Source: Candidatus Methanosuratincola verstraetei
GTDB lineage: Archaea; Thermoproteota; Methanomethylicia; Methanomethylicales; Methanomethylicaceae
DNA length: 64,000 nucleotides
Direction: 5' to 3'
NCBI GenBank assembly: GCA_049570475.1
Contig: CP186953.1
Span: 192,001 to 256,000, forward strand
Position 1 is the first letter of the stretch. Every line of letters begins with the position of its first letter. Made by a program: the position numbers and the translations under genes. A model generated the notes under the pieces. The model made no database searches, had not been told where the DNA came from, and worked only from the letters and a program-made list of their open reading frames with translations. Below, piece by piece: positions 37,993 through 47,161 of this stretch.

Positions 37993-39234
37993 ATGAAAGG
38001 CTTCAGGAAGCTCACCAATGTGGCTGAAGCTCTCCAGATCGCACTGAAGGAATGCTCGAGGGTGAGGGTTGGCACTGAAATGGTCAGCGCAGAGTGCGCG
38101 CTGGGACGGATGCTCGCAGAGGACGTAATCGCCCAGCACGATGTCCCCCCATACGACAGGGCGGCTGTAGATGGGTATGCGATCAGGAGCGAGGAGGCGT
38201 TCAGCGCCTCGCAGTCGAATCCGGCAATATTCAGGATTGTAGGGGTTGCAGAGGCTGGAGGAGGGCGGAAGAGGGTCGGACCAGGGGAGGCTGCCGAGAT
38301 ATACACAGGCGCAGTCATGCCGGAGGGCGCCGATGCCGTCTCGATGGCGGAGGACTGCGAAAGGGAAGGTGATGAGGTGCGGGTGCTCCGGGCAGTAGCA
38401 AAGTACGCCAACGTCTCGAGGTGCGGCGAGGATATCAAAAAGGGCGAAGTCGTGTTCAGGAAAGGCCACGTGCTCAAGGCATGGGACATCGGTGTTCTTC
38501 TTTCAATAAGGATGCGTGAAGTTGCAGTCAAGGCCAGGCCCAAGGTAGCAGTAATCTCGACGGGCTCGGAGCTGGTCGAGATCTCCGATCCGAGGGCCCT
38601 GGACGAAACAAGCCTCGTCGACTCGACCAGGCCTATGATAAAGGCGCTGCTCGCCAAGGCAGGGTGCGATGTAGTCGACGGGGGCATAGTCCATGATGAA
38701 ATCGAGGCGATAAGGGATCGGATCTCAAATCTGGCTGCGCAGGCGGACCTCATAATCACCATCGGCGGGACCTCGGTAGGCGGGAAGGATCTTGTCCCCG
38801 ATGCCGTCGGCGGCGTGCAGGGATCTAGACTGATCTTCCATGGAATAGCAGCAAAGCCAGGGAAGCCGCTGGGGTTTGGGATTTTCATGGGGAGGCCGCT
38901 CTTCATGCTGCCAGGGTACCCAGTGTCAGCGCTCGTCGGGTATGAGTGCATCATAAAGCCAGTGATCGCATCCCTCACCGGCACCCCAGCCAAGGAGAGG
39001 GAAAAGGTGAAGGCCAGGCTCACAAGAAGGGTCCCCACAACCCCGGGAGTGAGGCACTTCCTCAGGGTCGTACTGGAGCGTGAGGGGGAGTGGATCAAAG
39101 CAAAGCCGATAGCCCTAACTGGATCAGGGCTCCTCTCTTCTGTGGCCAAAGCAGACGGATTAGTCATAGTTGGGGAGGACAAGGAGGGGCTTGAGGAAGG
39201 AGAAGTGGTAGAGGTCGAGCTTTTGGGTGATTGA
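37993..39234 (+). CDS. moeA: Molybdopterin molybdotransferase
   Basis: PPYDRAAVDGYA, IYTGAVMPEGADAV, STGSEL, GGTSVG, KPGKP, LPGYPVS. Confidence 0.95.
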   Translation: MKGFRKLTNVAEALQIALKECSRVRVGTEMVSAECALGRMLAEDVIAQHDVPPYDRAAVDGYAIRSEEAFSASQSNPAIFRIVGVAEAGGGRKRVGPGEAAEIYTGAVMPEGADAVSMAEDCEREGDEVRVLRAVAKYANVSRCGEDIKKGEVVFRKGHVLKAWDIGVLLSIRMREVAVKARPKVAVISTGSELVEISDPRALDETSLVDSTRPMIKALLAKAGCDVVDGGIVHDEIEAIRDRISNLAAQADLIITIGGTSVGGKDLVPDAVGGVQGSRLIFHGIAAKPGKPLGFGIFMGRPLFMLPGYPVSALVGYECIIKPVIASLTGTPAKEREKVKARLTRRVPTTPGVRHFLRVVLEREGEWIKAKPIALTGSGLLSSVAKADGLVIVGEDKEGLEEGEVVEVELLGD

Positions 39235-41185
39235 CTTGACGCAAGAGGAAAGGAAGATCTTCCACAGGCTGGCGACCCTTGAAGAGGCATCTAGAATGCT
39301 AATGGGAGTGGCGACGCACATTCCAGGGCCAGAGAGGGTCGCGGTCAGCCAAGCATTTGGCAGGGTCCTTTCGAGGACGCTCTATTCAGAGATAGACCTC
39401 CCGCCCTTCGACAGGGCAGAGATGGACGGATATGCGGTCATCTCCTCGGACACCGAGGGGGCAAGCGAGACTTCCCCAGTAAGGCTCAAGGTATCCGGCA
39501 GGGTTGACGCTGGCTCTTCCTACAGGGGGGAGGTTATCGAGGGATCATGCGTCGAGATAGCGACCGGCGCGCCGGTGCCCAGGGGGGCGGACGCGGTATT
39601 GATGGTTGAGCACACTTCGCGATCCGGCGATTCCGTTGAGGTGTACAAGCCGGTGACGCCAGGCGAGAATATCGCCCACACGGGTTCGGACCTCGAGATT
39701 GGGGAGGTGGTTCTGAGGAAAGGATCAGTCATCGGTGTCAGGGAGGTCGCATTGCTCTCGGCTGCAGGGTTCAATGAGGTGGAGGTATATGGAAAGCCGA
39801 AGGTCGGCATAATATCCACGGGTAATGAGCTGGTCGAGCCAGGGCTTGAGCTTCTCCCTGGGAAGATATACGATGTGAACTCCCAAATGCTAATTGCTGC
39901 TGTGACCGAGGCAGGCGGGGTCCCGTCATTTTTGGGGAGGGCGAGAGACGACCTTGAAGCGATAAAGAGGTTTATTGCCGAGGGGATCGACGGCACAGAT
40001 CTTGTCCTGATATCAGGCGGCACCTCAGCCGGCCTGGGCGATGCGGTCTACAAAGCGATAGAGGAACTCTGCGATCCGGGCATCCTTGCACATGGGCTAA
40101 AGATTAAGCCCGGCAAGCCGACAGTCATAGCGGCTCACAGGGGCAAAGCAGTGATAGGGCTCCCAGGATACCCAGTATCAGCACTAATGGTCTTCAAACA
40201 GATAGTCAGCCCCCTGATACAGAGGATGGCGAGGGCGAAGGGCAGGAGCGAAAGGGAGGTTGAGGCGAAACTTGCACAGAGGGTCAACGGCGCGAAGGGG
40301 AGGAGGTGGTTCCTACCCGTGCACCTGCTTAAGGGCAACGGTGAGAAGGCCTACCCCATCCTTGCAAGCTCAGGGGCCGTAGGGACCCTTGCCAGGGCTG
40401 ACGGCTACATAGTCGTCCCTGAGGATGTCGAGTACATTGAAAGGGGGGAGCCGGTCCAGGTCAGGCTCTTTGGGGATCCAGAAACCAAGGAAGGGCTGCT
40501 GGTGATGGGAAGCCACTGCCCTGCGCTCGATCTGCTCCTGGAGACTTTGTTCGAGGAAAAAGGCATAAGCGCGAGGGCGCTTAATGTTGGATCCCTAGGC
40601 GGGCTTAATGCGGTGGCTGGTGGGGAATGCGACCTTGCCGGGATCCACCTGCTGGACGAAGGGACCATGACTTACAACACGGAGTTCGTCAGGAGGGCAG
40701 GACTCCCTGACTGGTGTCTTGTGAAGGGATACAAGAGGGCACAGGGGATCGCAGTCCCCAACGGGAACCCGAGGGGCGTAAGAGGCCTACGCGATCTCAT
40801 CAGCAAAGACCTGATCTTCGCCAATAGGAACAGGGGATCAGGGACAAGGATCCTAACGGACAGGATGCTCAAGGAAATCGCGGATGATCTTGGGATCAGT
40901 TTCAAGGACCTTGTGGGAAGGATAAGGGGGTACAGATCTGAGTTCAAGACGCACTCTTCAGTTGCGGCGGCAATTAGCCAAGGGCGCGCAGACCTAGGAG
41001 TCTGCGTGAAGGGGGCTGCTGCCGCCTATGGGCTCGATTTCATTCCAATTGCCGAGGAGGAGTATGACTTTGTGATCAGCCCAGAGTGCAAGGACAAAGA
41101 GGAGGTCAAGGAGTTCCTCAGCTGCCTGAGATCCAAACGCTTCAGGGAGAAGGCAGGGAAGTTGGAGGGTTTCACATTCTGGTAG
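39227..41185 (+). CDS. moeA: MoeA fused to a periplasmic-binding-protein-like (molybdate/tungstate) domain
   Basis: PPFDRAEMDGYA, STGNEL, LPGYPVS; C-terminal GSHC, GSLGGL, AGIHLLD, NRNRGSGTR, EEYDF. Confidence 0.93.
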   Translation: MIDLTQEERKIFHRLATLEEASRMLMGVATHIPGPERVAVSQAFGRVLSRTLYSEIDLPPFDRAEMDGYAVISSDTEGASETSPVRLKVSGRVDAGSSYRGEVIEGSCVEIATGAPVPRGADAVLMVEHTSRSGDSVEVYKPVTPGENIAHTGSDLEIGEVVLRKGSVIGVREVALLSAAGFNEVEVYGKPKVGIISTGNELVEPGLELLPGKIYDVNSQMLIAAVTEAGGVPSFLGRARDDLEAIKRFIAEGIDGTDLVLISGGTSAGLGDAVYKAIEELCDPGILAHGLKIKPGKPTVIAAHRGKAVIGLPGYPVSALMVFKQIVSPLIQRMARAKGRSEREVEAKLAQRVNGAKGRRWFLPVHLLKGNGEKAYPILASSGAVGTLARADGYIVVPEDVEYIERGEPVQVRLFGDPETKEGLLVMGSHCPALDLLLETLFEEKGISARALNVGSLGGLNAVAGGECDLAGIHLLDEGTMTYNTEFVRRAGLPDWCLVKGYKRAQGIAVPNGNPRGVRGLRDLISKDLIFANRNRGSGTRILTDRMLKEIADDLGISFKDLVGRIRGYRSEFKTHSSVAAAISQGRADLGVCVKGAAAAYGLDFIPIAEEEYDFVISPECKDKEEVKEFLSCLRSKRFREKAGKLEGFTFW

Positions 41186-41276
41186 TTACCGATCAGATCT
41201 CCTTTTAACCACAGACGAGAAAATAAACACATAGTGGGGACCAAGCGGATCGCATTGCACCGGGCGGTGCAGGCAT

Positions 41277-42383
41277 ATGGTGAAAAGGACGCCTCTTTAC
41301 AGCGTTCATTCGAAAGCGGCACACATGGGGGAATTTGCGGGCTTCGAGTTGCCCATATGGTACGAAGGCATCGTAAATGAAGCCCTTAACACGAGGAAGG
41401 ATGCATCGATCTTTGATGTCTCCCACATGGGCAGGCTTATAATCGAAGGGCCTGAGAGCGCAAGCCTGCTGGACTGGCTGGCAACAGCAAATATATCGGG
41501 TCTCGGTTTGAGGCAAGGGAAATACTGCCTGCTCTGCAATGAGCGGGGCGGCGTTCTCGAAGATGCTATCGTCTTCAGGGTCGGGGAGGAAAGGTTCATT
41601 TTGGTCGGCAATGCCTCCAGGAGGGACTTCGATCTCGAATGGCTAATTGCACACGGCAGCAAATTCGATGTGTCGGTGAAGGATTTCTCAGACACCTCAT
41701 TGATGTTAGCGCTGCAGGGGCCAAAGGCAGAAGAGCGGCTCCAAAGGGTCTGCAGCGAGGATCTCTCGAAGATACGGAGGTTCAGGGGAGAGTGGGCGAG
41801 GATACTCGGCAAGGAGGCTTTTGTGACAAGGACGGGCTACACAGGCGAAGACGGGTTCGAAGCGATATTTTTCAGCCTCGAGGGCGCCGAAAGCATATGG
41901 AACGGGCTTCTCGGCGAAGGGTTCAGGCCGGCAGGCCTGGGGGCCAGGGACGTCCTCAGGGTTGAGGCAGGGTTGCCCCTCTATGGCAAGGAACTTAACG
42001 AGTCGGTCACCCCAATTGACGCAGGGTTATTTTTTGCGGTTTCAATGGAGAAAGGCGGCTTCATCGGCAAGGAAGCGTTGGCAGAGGCCCTTCGGGAGGG
42101 GGGAAGGAGGAAGTTTCTTGTCGGGATCAGGATGGAAGAGGGGGGCGTGCCCAGGGAAGGCTACCCTTTGTTCTTGAATGGCGAAAGGATAGGCGAGATA
42201 ACAAGCGGGACTTTTTCCCCAACATTAAGCACAGGAGTAGGGCTTGGATACATCTCGAAGCAGCTTGAACCAGGTTCAGCGGTCTCAGTTGGTGTGAGGG
42301 GGGCCCTAAGAGCGTGCAGGATCGCAAGGATCCCTTTCTACGGACCCAAGGCGCTCAGCCCGGGAGCCTCAAGGCAACATTAG
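41277..42383 (+). CDS. gcvT: Glycine cleavage T protein (aminomethyltransferase)
   Basis: KRTPLY, FDVSHMG, ALQGP, TRTGYTGEDGFE, GLGARDVLRVEAG, TSGTFSPTL. Confidence 0.93.
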   Translation: MVKRTPLYSVHSKAAHMGEFAGFELPIWYEGIVNEALNTRKDASIFDVSHMGRLIIEGPESASLLDWLATANISGLGLRQGKYCLLCNERGGVLEDAIVFRVGEERFILVGNASRRDFDLEWLIAHGSKFDVSVKDFSDTSLMLALQGPKAEERLQRVCSEDLSKIRRFRGEWARILGKEAFVTRTGYTGEDGFEAIFFSLEGAESIWNGLLGEGFRPAGLGARDVLRVEAGLPLYGKELNESVTPIDAGLFFAVSMEKGGFIGKEALAEALREGGRRKFLVGIRMEEGGVPREGYPLFLNGERIGEITSGTFSPTLSTGVGLGYISKQLEPGSAVSVGVRGALRACRIARIPFYGPKALSPGASRQH

Positions 42384-42454
42384 CATCAGCAGGGATCCCA
42401 GATACAAGAGTTAAATAGCAATGGTCTCAACGGTATAGATGGTGTTCATGCAGC

Positions 42455-42874
42455 ATGGTCAATGTCACTAGTGTGAGCCTGAGCCAAATCTCGGGCGAGA
42501 GGCTGATGGACCTAGAGGGCGGCATATCAAACCTCCAGGTCATGACGAACATAAGCATCACGAAGATAACGCAGTCCCGCGGGATGCTAGAGGTGGCTTT
42601 CGTATTTGCGGTGAATTACAACCCTGCGGTCGCAAACCTCATCCTGAAGGGCGTAGCCAGGGTTTCAGGGGACGAGAAGGAGCTCGAGGAAGTGAAGAAA
42701 AACTTCGAGGATAGGAAGGTCCTCCCGCCAATCGTGCTACAGTCGATCTCGAACATCTCTTTCATCGAAGGCATATTCCTTGCCAGATCCCTCAACATCC
42801 CGCCCCCCATACCGCTTCCAACCATCCAGCAACAGGAAGCCACGAAAGGGAAGAGCCCGAGCTACATAGCCTGA
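42455..42874 (+). CDS. Archaeal SecB-like fold protein
   Basis: Beta-strand pattern FVFAVNYNPAVANLILKG, C-terminal LNIPPPIPLP. Confidence 0.6.
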   Translation: MVNVTSVSLSQISGERLMDLEGGISNLQVMTNISITKITQSRGMLEVAFVFAVNYNPAVANLILKGVARVSGDEKELEEVKKNFEDRKVLPPIVLQSISNISFIEGIFLARSLNIPPPIPLPTIQQQEATKGKSPSYIA

Positions 42875-42956
42875 AGATTGCGCTGAAGGGCCAGGCAGAT
42901 GCGGATGGGCCTCCGCCTTGTACCGGATCGTGCGAGCAAGAGCAGGAGGGGGGGAT

Positions 42957-44051
42957 TTGGGGGCTAGGAGGGTGGTCCTTCTGGCGGACCTGGACTATTT
43001 CTACAGCCAGGCAGAAGAGCTCAGGAACCCATCTATGAGGGGGAAGCCGGTCGTGGTCTGCGTCTACTCTGGAAGGACAGAGGAGAGCGGTGTGGTTGCC
43101 ACTGCGAACTACGAGGCCAGGAAGTACGGCGTAAGATCAGGGATGCCCATCGCATTGGCCAAGAAAAGGCTTTCTGGGGCTGATCCTGTCTTCCTCCCTG
43201 TGGACTTTCCGTATTACAAGGAGGTCTCCGAACGGGTGATTGGCATCATGAAGGAGTATTCAGACCAGCTGGAGCAGGTCGGCTTGGACGAGGCATATCT
43301 TGACGTCAGCAACAGGGTAGAGGACTTTGCGGAGGCTGAGCAGCTTGCAAAGGAAATAAAGAGGAGGGTGCTGCAGGAGGCGGGGCTGAAACTCACGATA
43401 GGCGTAGGGCCAAACAAGATTATTGCTAAGATGGCCTCGGATGCGGCGAAGCCGGACGGTTTGATGGTCATAAGACCAGAGAATGTGGAGGAGTTCATTT
43501 CGCCCCTCCCAGTCGACAAGATCCCAGGGGTCGGGAAGAAGACGGCCGAGCGCCTCGAGCGGATGGGGATAAAGACTATCAAGGACCTTGCCCAATTCGA
43601 CCCAGTTAGGCTTGTCGATGAGTTCGGGGAGAGCCTCGGGGCTCACCTTCATGCAGCATCAAGAGGGGAAGACGAGGACCCCGTCCGGGGAAGGGCAGAA
43701 GCAGGATCGATGAGCAGGATAATCACCCTGAAGGAGAACACAAAGGACCTGAAAGCGGTATTGCCAAAGGTTGATGAGATCTGTGAAGAGATCCACGAGA
43801 GGGCGGTCAGGGAGGGCGTACTCTTCAGGACGATCGGGATCATCGCAATCACCTCCGATCTAGGGATCAAGACTAGGACAAAGAGCCTGCCGGCACCCAC
43901 CGATGACTTGGGGACTTTGAAGAGGGAGAGCTCCGAGCTGGTCAAAAAGTTCCTACAGAGCACGGACAAGGAGATCAGGAGGATTGGGGTCCACATATCC
44001 GATTTCACTCGGAGGGAAAAAGGACAGAGGACGCTATCCGGCTACATATAG
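42957..44051 (+). CDS. dinB: Y-family DNA polymerase IV (Dpo4/DinB)
   Basis: DLDYFYSQ, ATANYEARKYGVRSGMP, GLDEAYLD, NKIIAKMASD, IPGVGKKT, RRIGV. Confidence 0.95.
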   Translation: MGARRVVLLADLDYFYSQAEELRNPSMRGKPVVVCVYSGRTEESGVVATANYEARKYGVRSGMPIALAKKRLSGADPVFLPVDFPYYKEVSERVIGIMKEYSDQLEQVGLDEAYLDVSNRVEDFAEAEQLAKEIKRRVLQEAGLKLTIGVGPNKIIAKMASDAAKPDGLMVIRPENVEEFISPLPVDKIPGVGKKTAERLERMGIKTIKDLAQFDPVRLVDEFGESLGAHLHAASRGEDEDPVRGRAEAGSMSRIITLKENTKDLKAVLPKVDEICEEIHERAVREGVLFRTIGIIAITSDLGIKTRTKSLPAPTDDLGTLKRESSELVKKFLQSTDKEIRRIGVHISDFTRREKGQRTLSGYI

Positions 44052-44155
44052 TGGATCTCATATAACGTGTTTATGATTAGGCTTACTTTTAGTTGCGAAA
44101 GGAAGGGAAAAACCAACGCCAACCGGCCACCGGACTGAAAAGGCTTATTTTTTGA

Positions 44156-44914
44156 ATGGATAGAGATGGATCGGTGAGCCATTTGGATCAGCGCGACATC
44201 TCCAGGAAGCTGATTGAAACAATCGGGATTGAGAAGGCACCGGTTGCGGTCAAGTTCATGAGACCCGGCGAGAGTGTGCCAGAAGGGTTCTCTGTTCCGC
44301 AGAGGAGGATGAGGTTCTGCCAAGCCGTGATGGAGGCGACATGGGGCAAGGCACTTGCCGTCCAGCCAACCGACATGGCTTGCGGACCAGGGCCCGGCTC
44401 ATTCGGGGCACCCGTGAAGGAAAAGGTATTCAGGGGGGAGGTGCACCATGCCCTCGGGCTATTTGAGAAGCCCGAGGCCGCCGTCAGGTGCCTCAGCGCC
44501 AACACTAAGATGATGCCTGGCTCGGTTGCGTATGTCCTGGTCGCCCCGCTTGAGGCAGGGATGATGGAACCAGATGTTGTCATACTGAGGGTAACCCCGG
44601 AGCAGGCGATGTGGCTTTGCCAGACTTGGACGTACCCTGAGGGGCACCACCTTAAGATAGACCTCCAGACCGAGGCATGCGTCTGTTCAGGCATAGCAGT
44701 CTCAACTTACCTGAAGAACGAGATTCAGATCGGCCTGGGTTGCTACGGTTCCCGATCAGCCACGGACATGGGGCCTGGCGAGATGCTTGTGGGGATTCCG
44801 GGCAAGCTCCTGGAGAGGACCGTTGAAGTCCTGGTCAAGATGAGCAAGCCTATCTCCGATTCAAGGAGCAAGCGAATCTTCATTGAAGCATACCCAGAAA
44901 AAAGAGGCGATTAA
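44156..44914 (+). CDS. DUF169 family protein
   Basis: PVAVKF, RFCQ, ACGPG, PDVV, ACVC, LGCYGSR, EMLVGIP. Confidence 0.85.
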   Translation: MDRDGSVSHLDQRDISRKLIETIGIEKAPVAVKFMRPGESVPEGFSVPQRRMRFCQAVMEATWGKALAVQPTDMACGPGPGSFGAPVKEKVFRGEVHHALGLFEKPEAAVRCLSANTKMMPGSVAYVLVAPLEAGMMEPDVVILRVTPEQAMWLCQTWTYPEGHHLKIDLQTEACVCSGIAVSTYLKNEIQIGLGCYGSRSATDMGPGEMLVGIPGKLLERTVEVLVKMSKPISDSRSKRIFIEAYPEKRGD

Positions 44915-45053
44915 TGAAATCAACACGCCGCTTCCCTTCATCCCGCCTAAGAATAAGAGTGATTGAAACCATGAGTCCATTTTGGCGTGATTGGTATGCA
45001 ACTAGCACCTTTTTTAATTTTGGAACCATGTTGGAATAGGGAGGTGACGGGTC

Positions 45054-45206
45054 ATGGAAACGACCGTGCGCGTGGATGGCGAAGAGATACCCCTGAATGA
45101 GTTCGTCTCAAAGATTCTTGCAGGGGTCGTATCTGGCGCAGTGATGTCCCTGAGGGGGGTTGGCGAAGACTGGAAGAAAATAGAGATCGAAGTGAGGCGC
45201 AGCTGA
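45054..45206 (+). CDS. 50-aa protein resembling the MobB C-terminal domain (absent from ORF track)
   Basis: Strong RBS GGAGGTGA at 45040; METTVRVDGEEIPLNEFVSKILAGVVSGAVMSLRGVGEDWKKIEIEVRRS. Confidence 0.75.
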   Translation: METTVRVDGEEIPLNEFVSKILAGVVSGAVMSLRGVGEDWKKIEIEVRRS

Positions 45207-45210
45207 TCAT

Positions 45211-45789
45211 TCATCCAACGAGCTCGAGCTTCACTTCGGCGAACATCTCTTTCTTTGCCTTGCAGATCGGGCAAATGTAAGGCGGCTCATCCCTGAAGGC
45301 GACATATCCGCACTGCTTGCAGTACCATAGCTTCATGCCTGGCTCACCACCCTCTTTCTTCTCCTCTTTCTCCTTTTCTTTTTCTACACTCCTGATCTCG
45401 GCTTTCTCCACACCACCGGACCCTACCGCTGGAGCCCCAGAGGCATAGGAAAGCGCTGCCGCCTGCTTTTTCGCGGGCCTCCGCTCCGGGACAGGGCGCA
45501 GGGGAGTTTTTCCCTCGAAAACGTCCCTCCTAACATAGAGGGCGCAGTAGCAGGCCCCGTACTCCTCCACATCGGCATCCCTGTAGTCGCACGGGCATAT
45601 TATGTCCCGATCCAGCCCGAAATTTCCTGTCGCAATCCTGCATGGGCAGGACGGATATCCGTACCGGCGTTCATTTTCGACGAGCCCTTCAAGAAGGTCT
45701 TTGAGGAAAGACTCGTCAGGGTTTAGGAAGTACCCCCTCGACTTTGCATCGCTTTCAGCCCTCCTTCTTGCCTCATCTATTGTCGTCAA
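45211..45789 (-). CDS. Ferredoxin:thioredoxin reductase catalytic domain plus rubredoxin-like domain (FDR)
   Basis: CPCR, ICPCDY, CYC; C-terminal WYCKQCGY...CPIC. Confidence 0.92.
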   Translation of the reverse strand: MTTIDEARRRAESDAKSRGYFLNPDESFLKDLLEGLVENERRYGYPSCPCRIATGNFGLDRDIICPCDYRDADVEEYGACYCALYVRRDVFEGKTPLRPVPERRPAKKQAAALSYASGAPAVGSGGVEKAEIRSVEKEKEKEEKKEGGEPGMKLWYCKQCGYVAFRDEPPYICPICKAKKEMFAEVKLELVG

Positions 45790-46070
45790 ACGCCGAGAGC
45801 CTCCTTCAGCGCATCCTCCTTGAACCCGAGTATCTGGACCTTGTCATCAATTATTATTAACGGGAAGCTCATGGGCGCGCCGCGCTTCTCCAGCTCTGAC
45901 CTTACTGCAGCTAGGTCCTCTTGCGAACACCGGTCAACATCAACGTATTCGAACTCGATTCCATGTTCCTCTAAGAACTTTTTCGTCTTCTTGCACCAGG
46001 CACAAGTGCTCAGCGCGTAAAGAAAGACTTTGTGCCGCTTGTCTTTGCCAGGGACTTTTACAACCTGCAT
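45786..46070 (-). CDS. Glutaredoxin-like protein (methanoredoxin-like)
   Basis: YALSTCAWCKKTK, SFP; overlaps FDR start by 4 bp. Confidence 0.9.
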   Translation of the reverse strand: MQVVKVPGKDKRHKVFLYALSTCAWCKKTKKFLEEHGIEFEYVDVDRCSQEDLAAVRSELEKRGAPMSFPLIIIDDKVQILGFKEDALKEALGV

Positions 46071-46145
46071 GATGACCACAGTTAGCATTATTCATTTGAC
46101 AGGATATAACGCTTTTCTGCTATGATACTTTTTTCACATATGCGC

Positions 46146-47147
46146 CTAAATGTATCCATTTTTAATATACCAGTCAACGGTCTCCTGCAGACCCTTACGC
46201 AAATCGTATTTTGGCAGGTAGCCGAGTTCTGTTTTTGCCTTTTCAATGCTGTATGCCCTGTCTTGGGTCACCGACTGGATCGTGGATACATGGTACAAGA
46301 AGCTCTCCTTGCCGGCGATCCTGTTGAATGCCTCGATCGGCAGCACCAAGGCTGCTGAGATCCACTTTGGGACATGCATCTTAGGCGGCTTTCGGTTGCA
46401 AAGCTCAGACAGGATCGAGTAGACCTCCTCGTAAGTGTATGCGCGCTCGTCGCTTATTATATAGGTCTTTCCAGAAGAAATCTCAGGCTTCTCGATAGCA
46501 AGAAGGAATCCTTGGGCGACATCCTTCACGTGGACGAATTGTATGAGGTTCTTCCCGCTCCCGACGATGAACCGGGTGGGCAGGGCATTCTTTGCAAAAG
46601 ATGTGATTGTCCAGTAGGAAACATCGTCCACATTCCTGGGCCCGTAGATCCCGGAGGGTCTCAGGATCGTGAAGGCCATGCCGCCCTTTGAGCTGCAAGA
46701 ATCCCTCACGATCCCCTCGGCGATAAGCTTCGACTTCCCATACGCATACTGAGGGGTTGGCGGCGTGTGCTCGTCTGCAGGCGGGTCCTTGACTGGCCCG
46801 ATTACTTCAGTGGTGCTGCAATATACGAAATGGCGGATTCCATTTAGCCTGGCAGCGTCAACCATCGCTTTAGTGCCGTCTATGTTGATCTTTTTGTAGA
46901 GCTCCCATTTGCCATGGAACGTGTAGTATGCCGCAAGATGCACTACTGCGTCTGCCCCCCTCAAAGACTCCGAGATCCCTTCACCTGTCTCCAGGTCAAT
47001 GTATCTCAGCTCGACGCCCAAGGGGGAGAGCACCGACAGGTCGCTGCGCCTCCTCACCAGTGCGACAACTTCGTGACCATTCTCCACAAGCGTCTCCGAG
47101 AGGTGCCCTCCCAGGAAGCCAGACGCCCCAGTCACAGCCACCCTCAA
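46146..47147 (-). CDS. Extended SDR, NAD-dependent epimerase/3beta-HSD/OleD-like
   Basis: TGASGFLG, HLAA, YGKSK, LRPSGIYGP, HVKDVA. Confidence 0.9.
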   Translation of the reverse strand: MRVAVTGASGFLGGHLSETLVENGHEVVALVRRRSDLSVLSPLGVELRYIDLETGEGISESLRGADAVVHLAAYYTFHGKWELYKKINIDGTKAMVDAARLNGIRHFVYCSTTEVIGPVKDPPADEHTPPTPQYAYGKSKLIAEGIVRDSCSSKGGMAFTILRPSGIYGPRNVDDVSYWTITSFAKNALPTRFIVGSGKNLIQFVHVKDVAQGFLLAIEKPEISSGKTYIISDERAYTYEEVYSILSELCNRKPPKMHVPKWISAALVLPIEAFNRIAGKESFLYHVSTIQSVTQDRAYSIEKAKTELGYLPKYDLRKGLQETVDWYIKNGYI

Positions 47148-47161
47148 TCTCTACACCCGCA

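Noticed and set aside
37695-39290. Long antisense ORFs (531 aa here; also 31032-32309, 58473-59396, 2934-3746 and the ORFs over 62786-63955)
   Set aside because: Ser/Pro-rich shadows of well-supported genes on the opposite strand or frame
44935-44969. CRISPR-repeat-like ending (AAGAATAAGAGTGATTGAAAC)
   Set aside because: Single copy, no spacers, no cas genes
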